Below, piece by piece: positions 1-11,301 of a stretch of 64,000 bases of DNA (the first letter of the stretch is position 1; the number at the start of each line of letters is the position of its first letter). The position numbers were made by a program, and so were the translations under genes. Source of the DNA: Octopus vulgaris (Eukaryota); the NCBI GenBank assembly GCA_951406725.2, contig OX597833.1:42904001-42968000 (forward strand), read 5' to 3'. The notes beneath the pieces were generated by a model, which worked only from the letters and a program-made list of their open reading frames with translations, searched no databases and had not been told where the DNA came from.

Positions 1-94
1 ATGCGGCTGAAATGATGCATCATTGCTCCTTACCTACACATACACGTTTATAAAATGCATGCATGGGGATTATACATACATGCGTTTATAAATG

Positions 95-400
95 CATGCA
101 TACGAACTATACATCCATCCATCCATCCATCTATCCATCCATCCATACATACATACACACATACACACATACATTCATACATACATACATACATACATAC
201 ATACATACATACATACATACATACATACATACATACATACACGCGTGCGCATGCACACATGTATATATATGTATGTATATATGTATATATATATATACAC
301 ATACATATTCGTATCTATACAAATATATATATATACATACATTCAATTATACGCACACATACACCCCACACACACACACACAAGCACGCATATCCTTACA
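95..400. repeat. Compound microsatellite (CATC)n/(CATA)n/(TA)n/(CA)n; representative of dozens of such tracts in the window
   Basis: Directly visible tandem repeats; they generate the HTYI/MYVC-type ORFs in the track. Confidence 0.97.
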
Positions 401-1199
401 TGCAAATGTACATATATCTATGCACAAGCTGTTTTAAATTAATAACATTACTAATCTCTATATCCTTGCGGCCATTACCTCACTAGTGATTAGATCAACA
501 TGCAGTATGAAAGCGGATCAGTGGAGGCATTATGTCCCACCGAACAGCACTTGACTTCAGAGCTGACTGTTGTCAAGAAATACACCCCTTAAATGGGTCG
601 CTCTGCTTGAAGTGGGATCTACAGCCAGCGAGATAAAAATTACCCAGTACGAAAAATAGGAAAAACCTTTCCAAATCAATAACATACTATACTCGCTAAA
701 AATGAAAATGATAGCAAGTGAACAGCTGCCGCTTGGTATTGGCTGAGTAATTTGCATCCGCACTGTGCAGTACTTCCTTTGGATATAGCACCTCGGATTC
801 TCAAGTGAGAACTGTAGATACTATATCCGAAGAGAGACAAAGAAAAATGGTACTACGTTTCTTCTAACTACAACATGTGTGATGGTAACACTGGAAAAGA
901 ATTTATAAAACACAGCTTGAGATGCCTTCTAATGTAAGAAACTACACTCACTGTTGTTGACATTACAATGGACAATGAAGTTGTAGAGAAATTTCTTAGG
1001 CTTTGTCTGAACGACATTTAACTGAATATGAAGCCGGCTCAATAAAAAACCTGATTATGCAATATTAAAATTGGAAACCATAGAATTGAAGTAGGGTATG
1101 TGCAGCATACATATATCCTATTCGAGCGGTGTCTCATAAAAATGATTCATATTAAAATCTCTTTTGTCATTTGCAGTTATTTATACCGCTTATATATAG

Positions 1200-1555
1200 T
1201 GGAGACATAGTAGTGTAGTTAAAAAAAGCTCTGTTGAAACCCGCGTGGTTTCGGATTCAATCCCAGGGCACGGCAACTTGGAAAAAGAAAGTGTCTTTTA
1301 TTAATACCTCGGACCCGACCAATACTATAGGTGTGTGTGTGTTTGTGCGCGTGCGTCTGTGTTCGTGTGTGTGTGTGTGTGTGTGTGTCTGTGTTCGTAT
1401 GTGTGTTTGTCTCCCACACCGCTTGACAACAGGTGTTGTTTTGATTACGTCCTCGTAACTTGGCGGTCCGTCAAATGTGTGAAAGGTAAGTACTGGTAAA
1501 AAAAAAAAGAAGTACTGGGCTCGATTTGTTCGACTGACCCCAATGGTTGAAGGAA
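1200..1555 (+). mobile_element. Diverged tRNA-derived SINE, family B
   Basis: Degenerate match to the family B copy at 44025-44423 (head, internal (TG)n, 'cgcttgacaac...tacgtcc.cgtaactt.gcgg' body). Confidence 0.7.
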
Positions 1556-1815
1556 GTAAAATTTGAAAGATGCATTGTATTCATACAGGAGAAGTAGCTG
1601 CCTTGATGTTCCATTTATTCATATAATCTTAGTATTTGAATTACACTTACAGATGTATAATAATATCATTGGAACAATTCCAAAGGCTGCCTTCAGCATA
1701 AAGAACATATAGTTAAAATTGATTTTAATTAAATACATTCCATAAATTTCTTCTATGCTGTAACTATTACCATCTTTAATAAAATATCACACCTATCAAA
1801 TGTTTACAATTAATA

Positions 1816-1886
1816 AGTCGATGTTATGTCATTCTGACGATTTCTAAAGAGAATGAAATAGTGCTATACACGATTATCAACGACTA
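1816..1886 (+). ncRNA. Degenerate hammerhead-like motif
   Basis: CTGACGA (1834-1840), stem II ttct-aaag-agaa, GAAA (1855-1858), stem III tag-tg-cta, then TA. Proximal stem I is disrupted; distal agtcg/cgact can pair. Confidence 0.45.
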
Positions 1887-2203
1887 GAAATTTTAGGAAC
1901 TTCTTGATATAGAAACAAAAACGTAATATGTAAACAAATAAAGAATGAAATATGTTGATACTATTCACGTTTTTCTTAATAATTTCTTAATTTCAATTTC
2001 AAATATTTAATCTTGCCCCATATTATGACGAAATGATTTATCACCCTTGCAATATCTACATCCGCTTAGGGAACCACGTCTATTTTTAATCAATTGAAAT
2101 AATAACCGTAAAGAGAAAAGTCATCAGCGTTACTGTAAATTGCTGTAAAGAAGACAGCACTAAATTGTTATAGAAAAGAATTAGCAGTACACAAAAGGCA
2201 AAA

Positions 2204-2510
2204 GTGGAGGCACATGGCCTAGTGGATAGAGCAGCGGACTCGCGTTCGAGGGATCGCGGGTTCGGATCTCAGATCGGGCGATGCGTGTGTTTATTAGCGA
2301 AAACACCTAAGTTCCACGTGGCTCTGGCAGAAGGTAACGGCGAACTTCTGCTGATTCTTTCGCTACAACTTTCTCTCACTCTTTCCTCCTGCATCTTGCA
2401 GCTCACCTGCGACGGACCGGCGTCCAGTCTAGTTGGGGAACCTATACGCCAAGGAAACCGGGAAACCGGCCCTTATGAGCCAGGCATGGCTCGAGAAGGA
2501 ACAAACAACA
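2204..2510 (+). mobile_element. Full-length tRNA(Arg)-like SINE, family C, with (AAC)n tail
   Basis: A box TGGCCTAGTGG, B-box-like GGTTCGGATC, 13-bp TSD ACAAAAGGCAAAA (2191-2203 / 2511-2523); near-identical to the inverted copy at 18730-19038. Confidence 0.92.
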
Positions 2511-2546
2511 ACAAAAGGCAAAACAGCTAACCCTTCATATTAACGC

Positions 2547-2549
<3 letters not shown>

Positions 2550-2603
<54 letters not shown>
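2550..2603. repeat. (ATT)n microsatellite
   Basis: Visible trinucleotide run. Confidence 0.97.
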
Positions 2604-3327
2604 GTTTTTCATAAAATTATGAATATAAGAAAATCGACATTTATAAAATTATATTTCATTGCTTCGTATTTTGACATGTTGCATAAACTAAAGGAATGTA
2701 TATATTTTATTATTGAATTCCATATAAGTTTGCTTTTATGACCTTCGTACATATGTAATGACATTGTAGGCTGACGGTATATTAAACAAGTGCATATTTC
2801 TTACAATAATTAAAAGGACTAATTTGCATACCCCGCAACCTTCCCCCTTCTCTGTTTTAACTTCCTCTGATGGCAAATTTCTGATATGGAAATAGTTTCG
2901 CTAATCGAGGCATTAATGTGTGAATGTGTGGATATATGTGTGTGTGTCTGAGTGTGTATGTGCGTGTGCATGTGCATATGTGTTTGTGTGCAAGTTTGCG
3001 TATGTGTATGTGTGCATGTGTATACGTGTAATCTCTACTCAGTCTACCTTTGTTTTTCCCTTTCCTTTTGAATCACACTCACAGACGGATACGCACATAT
3101 ACAAGCAAATGTAAATATACATATATTTATATATACACACTTATATACATCTCACTTCACTCCCCCATTTTACTTGCTACATAATTTCCTATTAATCGCT
3201 CAAACAACACATTTAGCAGACACCACCAACACCAGACCCTCTATCAATAAAGGCTATCCCCCTCGACTACCACCAGCACGACCAACAGCAGCAACTACAA
3301 CAAGGGTAAACGCAACAGGAAAAAGCA

Positions 3328-3376
3328 AGAAGAAGAAGAAGAAGAAGAAGAAGAAGAAGAAGAAGAAGAAGAAGAA
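3328..3376. repeat. (AAG)n microsatellite
   Basis: Visible run; source of the poly-K and poly-L ORFs. Confidence 0.97.
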
Positions 3377-3541
3377 AATCAAAATCATCATCAGCATCAT
3401 TTAAAATCCCTTTGCGGCAAACCCTAATTCGTTTCGGCGAATTCTTCAAAACTGGCTCGTTCTTCACATCCGGTATGACTTATCATGCCTTACTTCGCAT
3501 GAACTGGGCCCATGTGCACATATGTGTGTGTGTGTGTGTGT

Positions 3542-3595
<54 letters not shown>

Positions 3596-4195
3596 TATAC
3601 AAGCACATACATATACGTATGTATGTTTGTATTTATACACATAGATATTGTAATATTGTAATACGACGTTTTGGCAATTATTTCACACTTATTTGTTGAT
3701 TTATTTAATATTATTTTTGACTTATTCATTTCCACAGAGTCTATTTATTCCGTCTGTTGTCATGAAATTCTACAGTGAATTCATTCATTCAACGTCTACT
3801 AATTCTGTTAATCGGGCCAACATCTACACAAAATGTCATTTAACCCCGTTAGTATCTAAACACTGTTCAAATGGTGGAACATATTTTATGCGATGGGAGA
3901 AAGAGAAAACTAACGTGTCCGGTAAAACTAACGTGTCCGGTAAAAAGCTTCGTCATAGAGAGGGATAATGCTGAAGAAGAAATATGCTGAGATTAGTGAA
4001 AGAGTTCGGAGGAGGAGGAGCAGGAAGAGGGAAAAGTGGAGGAAGATGAGGAGGAGAAGAAGGAGAAAACGTTAACATGCCTGAATAGAGATTGGTTGTG
4101 GAGCAATGGTCAGTAAAAAAAAAAGGAGGCAGGAAAAGCAAGACTTTTGGAAAACCAAGACCTAGAAAATGCCGAGCAGCGAGAGAGAGAGAGAG

Positions 4196-4332
4196 AGGTC
4201 GACTTTGCCTTTCATCCTTTCGGGGTCGATAAATTAAGTACCAGTTACGCACTGGGGTCGATATAATCGACTTAATCCGTTTGTCTGTCCTTGTTTGTCC
4301 CCTCTATGTTTAGCCCCTTGAGGGTAATAAAG

Positions 4333-4333
<1 letters not shown>
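4196..4333 (+). mobile_element. 5'-truncated SINE, family A1
   Basis: GGTCGACTTTGCCTTTCATCCTTTCGGGGTCGATAAATTAAGTACCAG core and the 'tagccccttg' tail shared with 32605-32835. Confidence 0.9.
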
Positions 4334-4392
<59 letters not shown>

Positions 4393-4453
4393 ACACATAC
4401 ACATACACACATACATATATATATATATACACGCACACACATATGTATGTATG

Positions 4454-4487
<34 letters not shown>

Positions 4488-4492
<5 letters not shown>

Positions 4493-4718
4493 CAGGCATG
4501 TGGAAGACAGTGTAATTCGGCAGGAGGACTTAAACGACATGCAAAGGTACATGAAGCCCAGTTACAACTACAGCCGGCTATTACCGGTAAAGGTTTTTGC
4601 TGCCAATTATGTACAATACATTGTAGATCTGGGCTAAAAGGTCACATTCTATCAAAGGACCAATAACAGTTAAGCTTCGTGCAATGGCCATACTCGATAA
4701 CGAGGGGGCAGCCATCAT
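4488..4718 (+). mobile_element. RTE-clade LINE 3' end (two C2H2-like fingers plus 3' tail)
   Basis: Translates CQACGRQCNSAGGLKRHAKVH...CQLC...GLKGH, followed by 'ggccatactcgataacgagggggcagccatcat'; a second copy is inverted at 56462-56670. Confidence 0.7.
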
Positions 4719-4861
4719 ATATATATGAGTATATACATATACATATATCAATATACATGTGCATATATACAAACATACATATGTATGTGTGTGTGTGTGT
4801 ATATATATATTATCTAAATATATTATCTAAATTAACTATTGCTTAAACATCTTCTCATGCC

Positions 4862-4909
4862 GTTTCCGATGAAAGGATATAATAAATATCCTAGGAACAG
4901 CTGTAAGAC
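4862..4909 (+). ncRNA. Degenerate minimal hammerhead-like motif inside a (TA)n-flanked short element (~4810-4972)
   Basis: gttt-CCGATGA-a-aggatat/aataa/atatcct-a-GGAA-cagctg-TA-agac. Stem I gttt/agac, palindromic stem III, two core substitutions. Confidence 0.55.
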
Positions 4910-4970
4910 CTTCTATTTACAAATGTTCTAAAATCTACACAGCCTTTGTTTGTTATCTCATTACGGAAAA

Positions 4971-5080
<110 letters not shown>

Positions 5081-5434
5081 TTCAAGGTACGTATATTAAC
5101 AATAAAAACAGTTATAAGACCACACACAGATATTTCATTAGTCATTACCATGCATATGTGTGTGTATGTGTGCGTGCTTGAGTGTAAGCAAATATACGCA
5201 CATACATACACATACACACAAATATACACGTACATACATTCTGCGTATTCAAACATAACTTCATACACACACGCACACACATAAACACACACACATGCAT
5301 TCACATTTAAATATATATATTTATATATATATATATATTGGTAAAAACGGTAAGATAACAAAAGAAAGAGACCTCGATATTTATGTAACTAGAGGAAATT
5401 TATCTGTAAAATAATATGTGACAATTATTCAATA

Positions 5435-5504
5435 GCCAAGATAAAACTCTGAGTTTCGGATGCCGAAGTGGAAATCCACAACATCATCTCTTCGGTTATC
5501 TGGC
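5435..5504 (-). ncRNA. Minimal hammerhead-like motif inside a (TA)n-flanked element (~5337-5524) with 20-bp inverted repeats
   Basis: Minus strand: gccagataa-CCGAAGA-stem II-GAAA-ctc a gag-TT-ttatct(t)ggc, giving a 9-bp stem I. Flanked by TATCTGTAAAATAATATGTG (5401-5420) and its reverse complement (5505-5524). Confidence 0.65.
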
Positions 5505-5539
5505 CACATATTATTTTACAGATATATATATATATATAT

Positions 5540-5815
5540 CACGTGATTGCGGAAGATTGCGGTTTCGATTCCCAAACTGGACGTTGTGTGTGTTTATTGA
5601 GCGAAAACACCTAAAAGCTCCACGAGGCTCCGACAGGGGGTAGTGGTGATCCCTGTTGTACTCCTTCGCCACAACATTCTCTCACTCTCTCTTCCTGTTT
5701 CTTGAGTAACACTGCGATGGACAGGCGTCCCGTCCAGCTGGGGGGAACACACACGCCACAGAAACCGGGAAACCGGATCCATGAGCCTGGCTAGGCTTGA
5801 AAAGGGCGACGTTTA
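5540..5815 (+). mobile_element. 5'-truncated SINE, family C head/body with the 'gcctggctaggctt' tail
   Basis: B-box-like GTTTCGATTCC and 'gagcgaaaacaccta' body; tail shared with 29603-29863. Confidence 0.85.
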
Positions 5816-6089
5816 TCGTTATAAAGAATTACAGACTTTAAATTTGATTCCTCATTCTGATTGTTTCCTCCTTCTCCACTCATATTTACATCCTCTCCCT
5901 CCTTTTCTCTGATCATTTCTTCTCTTTGTCTCTCATTAACCTCCGCTCATCCTTCAATCCCAGCTAAAGTTTAATTTTTCTGTGATGACAGGTTCTGCTC
6001 GGAATGTTAGACTTTCATTTATCCTCATGCCATAAAACATATTCCACTGTTTGAATTATGAGTATTAATTTTCACCGACGCAAAACATT

Positions 6090-6487
6090 TGTAGTGACGC
6101 TACTTTGTAAGTTTCAGCGCACATGCGCAGAATGGGATTACTTCCGGTTGGCCACCGGAATTTTCTTCATGCGCATGCGCAGGAACTGCAACCTGAAACG
6201 CCCCCGTTAATATCGGTCTTTCTGGCAGAGCAGCGCTAGCGAACGGACATGGCTCGACTTCTCTCAGGGAACACCCTACGCACGAGAGGCTCTCTCTCTT
6301 CGAAGTGGGAACGAACACCGTATCTTCTTGGCTTACCCGAGTGAACATTTGTAAACAGTCCTGTGGATTTGGCTGCCGGTTCGCACACAAGAAAAATATA
6401 TGTATATATTTTACCTGTGAACTCGAAGAATAAACTACTATTTATTGTTATTGAAGACAGCCTGATTTTGTTTCCGTTTCTTCAACA
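6090..6487 (+). mobile_element. Putative solo LTR
   Basis: GC-richer ~400-bp block with TGT...ACA termini and AATAAA ~55 nt before the end; no TSD found. Confidence 0.5.
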
Positions 6488-6974
6488 ATGTGACAAGATC
6501 AGACTAGACACCCCTCCAATGTTCCTGAACTCTCATCTTGTTACACATTACTAGTTATTCAGATTCTATGCTTTTTGTTCTACATATTATGTCTGCCTAT
6601 CCAGTCAACATCTGCACATTTTATCTGTCAACTCATTTAATATTTATATACTGTGTCTATCGATCACAATGAACTAACGGTGGAACATTAGCGTACATCA
6701 TGACTTGCCTCTATCGTGGCTGATCTGGATTTAAGCAACATATACTGTCTTTATTTATTCAGTCAAAATATTAACAATTTTGCTACTTATCCTGTCAAAA
6801 ACTGCATGCATGCTACCCAGTGAACATCAACACATCTTACATAACTATCTATCCAGCAACTATTCACAATATCTAATTATCTAGGCAGCATTTATGAATT
6901 GTATTTACTTTACGTTTTGTATACATCTAAACACATTAGCTAATTGTTTAGTCAACGTCTATATATTGCATCAG

Positions 6975-7860
6975 AGGCGGCGAGCTGGCAGAAACGTTAG
7001 CACGTCGGGCGAAATGCTTAGCAGTATTTGGTCTGCCGTTACGTTGTGAGTTCAAATTCCGCCGAGGTCGATTTTGCCTTTCATCCTTTCGGGGTCGATA
7101 AATTAAGTACCAGTTACACACTGGGTCGATGTAATCGATTTAATCCCTTTGTCTGTCCTTGTTTGTCCTCTCTGTGTGTAGCCCCTTGTGGGCAGTACAG
7201 AAATAAGAAACGTTAGCACGTCGGGCGAAATGCTTAGCGGTATTTGGTCTGCCGTTACGTTGTGTGTTCAAATTCCGCCGAAGTCGACTTTGCCTTTCAT
7301 CCTTTCGGGGTCGATAAATTAAGTACCAGTTACACACTGGGGTCGATGTAATCGATTTAATCCCTTTGTCTGTCCTTGTTTGTCCTCTCTGTGTGTAGCC
7401 CCTTGTGGGCAGTACAGAAATAAGAAACGTTAGCACGTCGGGCGAAATGCTTAGCGGTATTTGGTCTGCCGTTACGTTGTGTGTTCAAATTCCGCCGAAG
7501 TCGACTTTGCCTTTCATCCTTTCGGGGTCGATAAATTAAGTACCAGTTACACACTGGGGTCGATGTAATCGATTTAATCCCTTTGTCTGTCCTTGTTTGT
7601 CCTCTCTGTATGTAGCCCCTTGTGGGCAGTACAGAAATAAGAAACGTTAGCACGTCGGGCGAAATGCTTAGCAGTATTTGGTCTGCCGTTACGTTGTGAG
7701 TTCAAATTCCGCCGAGGTCGACTTTGCCTTTCATCCTTTCGGGGTGGATAAATTAAGTACCAGTTACACACTGGGGTCGATGTAATCGATTTAATACCTT
7801 TGTCTGTCCTTGTTTGTCCCCTCTATGTTTAGCCCCTTGTGGGTACTAAAGAAATATATA
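6975..7860 (+). mobile_element. Tandem array of four family A1 SINE units (period 216-217 bp) inside one TSD
   Basis: GAAACGTTAGCACG recurs at 6991, 7207, 7424 and 7641; flanks TATATATT(G/A)CATCAG at 6960-6974 and 7861-7875. Confidence 0.95.
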
Positions 7861-8649
7861 TATATATTACATCAGTTTATTCTGTCAATATCTGCGCAGT
7901 GTATCTTTACGGCTCTCCTTTCCTTATCCCCGGAATGCCAATCTTGACAGACGATTCCTTGCTAAGTTTCTCGTTGATGACTTCTCTCATAACAGGTGTA
8001 TCTTGGAATCTTATCAATGATTGCAATCATGTTTGTGAAGTCAAATCGTTGTTGATCACTTGGCTTGATTGTTGCTACTGTGAGGAACTCTTCATTTTCC
8101 CTTTTAGGATGTTAGGCTAAACTCTTCGATAGGAAGAGAGGAAATGCTGACTAGGAGTGCTGGATAAATAGATTAAAAGTACTGAGAATAAATCTATGGC
8201 TGTGTGTTTATACACACAAGGACACACATTAAATCCAATTATATGCTTTATAAACACGAATCTAAAATCGGAAAAAATGTGCATAGAACCGCGATGATGT
8301 TGTGCACAATTTTGCTATCTTAGATTCGAGTTAATATAATACTTAATTTGATTAAATTTAATTTTTATAATGGAAAATACTAATCCTTTTACTGTGTGTT
8401 TGTGGATGGGTGCGTGTGTATGTGTGTGAAAAGTCTAGTGTAGGTCGATAGAGACGAAAAGTTCAAAACGGTACTCAATGCCAAGGAACAGGCGGTGGTT
8501 ATGTTTATGCAGATGGCATGACACAACCAGTTATTCGAATTTCACGTTCCTGGTCATCAAATTCAATACCAAGGGTACTTCGTATCTACTCTTATGACTA
8601 GGAATCCGAATAATGAGATGTAAGATGGTAGGTCTTAAAACTAAAGACT

Positions 8650-8929
8650 CTTTCACTTGTTTCAGTCATTTGACTGTGGCAATGCTGAAGCATTGCTTTT
8701 TAGTCTAAGAAATCAGACCCTGGAATTATTCTTTGGAAGCCTGGTGCGTATTCTATCGGTTTCTTCTATGGAACCGCTATGTTAGGGGAACGTAAACACA
8801 CCAGCATCGGTTGTCAAGCGATGGTGGTGGGGACAAGCACAGACACAAACACACACATAAATATATACATATACGACGGGGTTTTTTCAGTTCCCGTGTA
8901 CCAAATCCATTCACGAGACTTTGGTCGGC

Positions 8930-8930
<1 letters not shown>
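8650..8930 (-). mobile_element. SINE family B, 5'-truncated
   Basis: Reverse complement of the 44025-44423 body and tail ('cttgtttcagtcatttgactg...'). Confidence 0.85.
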
Positions 8931-8997
<67 letters not shown>

Positions 8998-9360
8998 AAC
9001 CGTGATATAATTCAACAAAGAGGGCAATCCATCTGGTGAGAGTAAAATATTGTTGATTAAGGGTCACAGTACATGTCTTTAGGCGTTACTAATAGTTTCA
9101 CGTGTCTGAAGATCCAAACACATTCTTTAGGCGCAGACTACTCTTCGTGCTAAACTAAGAACTTTAAATATGCTGTGGAACGCGAGAAAACGGGAATAAA
9201 AACGTGAAAAATATGTGCTTGTGGGTGAGTGCGTGTGTATATGTGTAGGAAAAGTCTAGTGTAGGTCGTTGGAGACGTAAATTTTAAAACGGTACTCAAT
9301 GCCAAAGAACAGGCAGTGGTTATGGTTATGCTGCTGGCATAACACAACCATTTATTCGAA

Positions 9361-9712
9361 TACAAGAGAATATGACCAAAGATTGCGCGTACTCCATCTC
9401 ATGCAGCTGTGGTAGGTTATACAAAGGCGAAACATGCCGCCCCCTCAAAATAAGGATAGACGAACATCGCAAAGCCGTGACACGAGGAGATATTGAGAAA
9501 TCGGCTATAGCAGATCATGTATGGAAAAATAGAGACCCCCCCCCGTGGGATGAAGTTAAAATAATAGACAGAGGACCCCAGTGGAAAATGCGAAAACTAA
9601 AAGAAGCAGCACATATGCTAGGACACAACAACCTCCCAAGCAGACCGAGTACAGGCATGAGTAGCATATAGAAACCGGTATTAAGGAAGGATAGGAAAAT
9701 ATTAGATTTATA
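9361..9712 (+). mobile_element. Penelope-like element GIY-YIG endonuclease fragment (pseudogenised)
   Basis: ORF 9372-9671: CAYSISCSCGRLYKGETCRPLKIRIDEHRKA...SAIADHVW...RKLKEAAHM, the CxC-YxGET...R..EH...SAIAxH...E motif order of Penelope/Poseidon EN. Confidence 0.9.
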
Positions 9713-9742
9713 AGCCCAAACATTCACTCCATAATTGTCCAC

Positions 9743-9965
9743 GGGCATATGGCGTAGTGATTTAGGGCGCGTGCTACTAACCCCAAGATTCCGAGTTCGA
9801 TTCCAAGCAGTGACCTAAATAATAATAATAGCAACAACAACATCGAAAAATACCTTAGGAAGGAGAACCCAGGTTCGAAATTTCCCCAAGACACCTGATG
9901 AAGGCCAATAACATAATATCCGTCAAATGTAAATAATTCCTCATCTCTTAAATATAGGACTGTAA
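9743..9965 (+). mobile_element. tRNA-like Pol III head plus hammerhead remnant directly 3' of the Penelope EN
   Basis: A box TGGCGTAGTGA (9750-9760), B box GAGTTCGATTCC (9793-9804), second B-box-like GGTTCGAAA (9872-9880), CTGATGA-AGGC (9895-9905) with the rest of the HHR missing. Confidence 0.6.
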
Positions 9966-10169
9966 ATGTAAATTGCGTATAAATAATGTATAAACGTAAG
10001 GTAAAAATGTAGAGGTATAAATATAAGAAATGTCGGGTATATAAAAATTTATAAAAGTTATAAAGGATAACAAAATATAATGGATAAAAAATAAACCTAA
10101 AAAAATGAATACTAAAAGAATGCGGGTAAAGTATACTAGTAAGCGATCTAATTTCCTTAGTCTATAATA

Positions 10170-10420
10170 ATCTGGGATAGGTGGTATTGTCCAGTTCTTC
10201 AAAATATATTTTTGTATGTGTTTGCAACCACTGAAAATTTCAGACCTTGAGTTCAATATTGAGTTGGGGATTTTTGATCTGAACAATAACTGTGCTCTTT
10301 TAGCCAAGCAATGCCTACATTTCTTTGAACCGTTCACACAATGTGTTGATTTTTCGATGATTTTTCCATTTAATCGTATATGGTGTTTCATTCTCTTTCA
10401 AAACCCACACGTGACTGGCT
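10170..10420 (-). mobile_element. Penelope-like (Naiad-type) GIY-YIG C-terminal fragment
   Basis: KIIEKSTHCVNGSKKCRHCLAKRAQLL...ILNSRSEIFSGCKHIQKYILKNW: the CxxC...LNxRSE...CxH tail typical of this PLE endonuclease group. The clade name is inference. Confidence 0.75.
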
Positions 10421-10454
10421 AAATATGAGACCTTACTCTTGCCATTATGTTGGA

Positions 10455-10632
10455 CGGAGGCTATATGGTTGGCATAACGTTTTTTTTTTAAATCCCCACA
10501 TCCGCCGAGGATAACTTTGTCTTCCGTCCTTCCGGGTCGATAGGTTAAGTGCTAGTTGCGTACTGGGGTTGATCTAATCGACTGGTCCCCTCTCCAAAAA
10601 TTTCGGGCCTTATGCCTAGAGTAGAAAAGAAT
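10455..10632 (+). mobile_element. Diverged SINE, family A variant
   Basis: 'ccgccgagg..actttgtcttccgtccttccgggtcgata...tactggggttgatctaatcgac' core. Confidence 0.75.
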
Positions 10633-10649
10633 ATTTCTTTCTTTTGTTT

Positions 10650-11052
10650 TCTTTTGCTTGTTTCAGTCATTTGACTGCGGTCATGCTGGAGCACCGCCTT
10701 TAGTCGAGCAAATCGACCCCGGGACTTATTCTTTGTAAGCCCAGTACTTATTCTATCGGTCTCTTTTTGTCGAACCGCTAAGTGACGGAGACGTAAACAC
10801 ACCAGCATCGGGTGTCAAGCAATGCTAGGGGGACAAACACAGACACACAAACACACACACACATACATATATATACATATACATATATACGACAGGCTTC
10901 TTTCAGTTTCCGTCTTCCAAATCCACTAACAAGGCATTGGTCGGCCCGGGGCTATAGCAGAAGACACTTGCCCAAGATGCCGTGCAGTGGGACTGAACCC
11001 AGAACCATGTGGTTGGTTAGCAAGCTACTTACCACACAGCCACTCCTGCGCC
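10650..11052 (-). mobile_element. Full-length SINE family B
   Basis: Minus strand starts GGCGCAGGAGTGGCTGTGTGGTAAG, B-box-like GGTTCAGTCCC, internal (TA)/(TG) tract, tail ...AATGACTGAAACAAG. Confidence 0.92.
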
Positions 11053-11214
11053 TATATATACATACAAGGTAATTTTTTAAAATTTCGTGCATGCACATTG
11101 TTTGTTTTGGATTCTGTCGACCACATAGTATAATATGACCAGTTAAATACTGTCATACATACATACATACATACATACATACACACATAAATATATACGT
11201 AGGTGTGAGTGTGT

Positions 11215-11263
<49 letters not shown>

Positions 11264-11301
11264 TGTGTGTGTATGTATACGTCCACATATATGTCTCTGG
11301 C

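Noticed and set aside
480-1150. Non-repetitive block possibly derived from a Tc1/mariner
   Set aside because: Too decayed to assign without a profile search. The same applies to 7900-8140, 27360-28200, 42520-43630, 50930-51290 and 61545-61860.
2204-2280. tRNA gene (likewise the heads at 9743, 11822 and 33245)
   Set aside because: A and B boxes are present but the acceptor stems are poor, and each continues into a repeat body; 2204 and 33245 also have TSDs.
2864-2910. Hammerhead-like CTGATGG...GAAA-tag tttcg cta
   Set aside because: Needs several core and stem exceptions; cannot be distinguished from chance by eye.
4451-4666. C2H2 zinc-finger-like peptide (also 56530-56670 and ~57680-57855) as a host ZNF exon
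   Set aside because: No TGEKP linkers; at 4488 and 56462 it is followed by the same LINE-type 3' tail and occurs as dispersed truncated copies, consistent with an RTE C-terminus.
6975-7860. CRISPR-like array
   Set aside because: Whole ~217-bp units repeat with no unique spacers, the context is eukaryotic and there are no cas genes.
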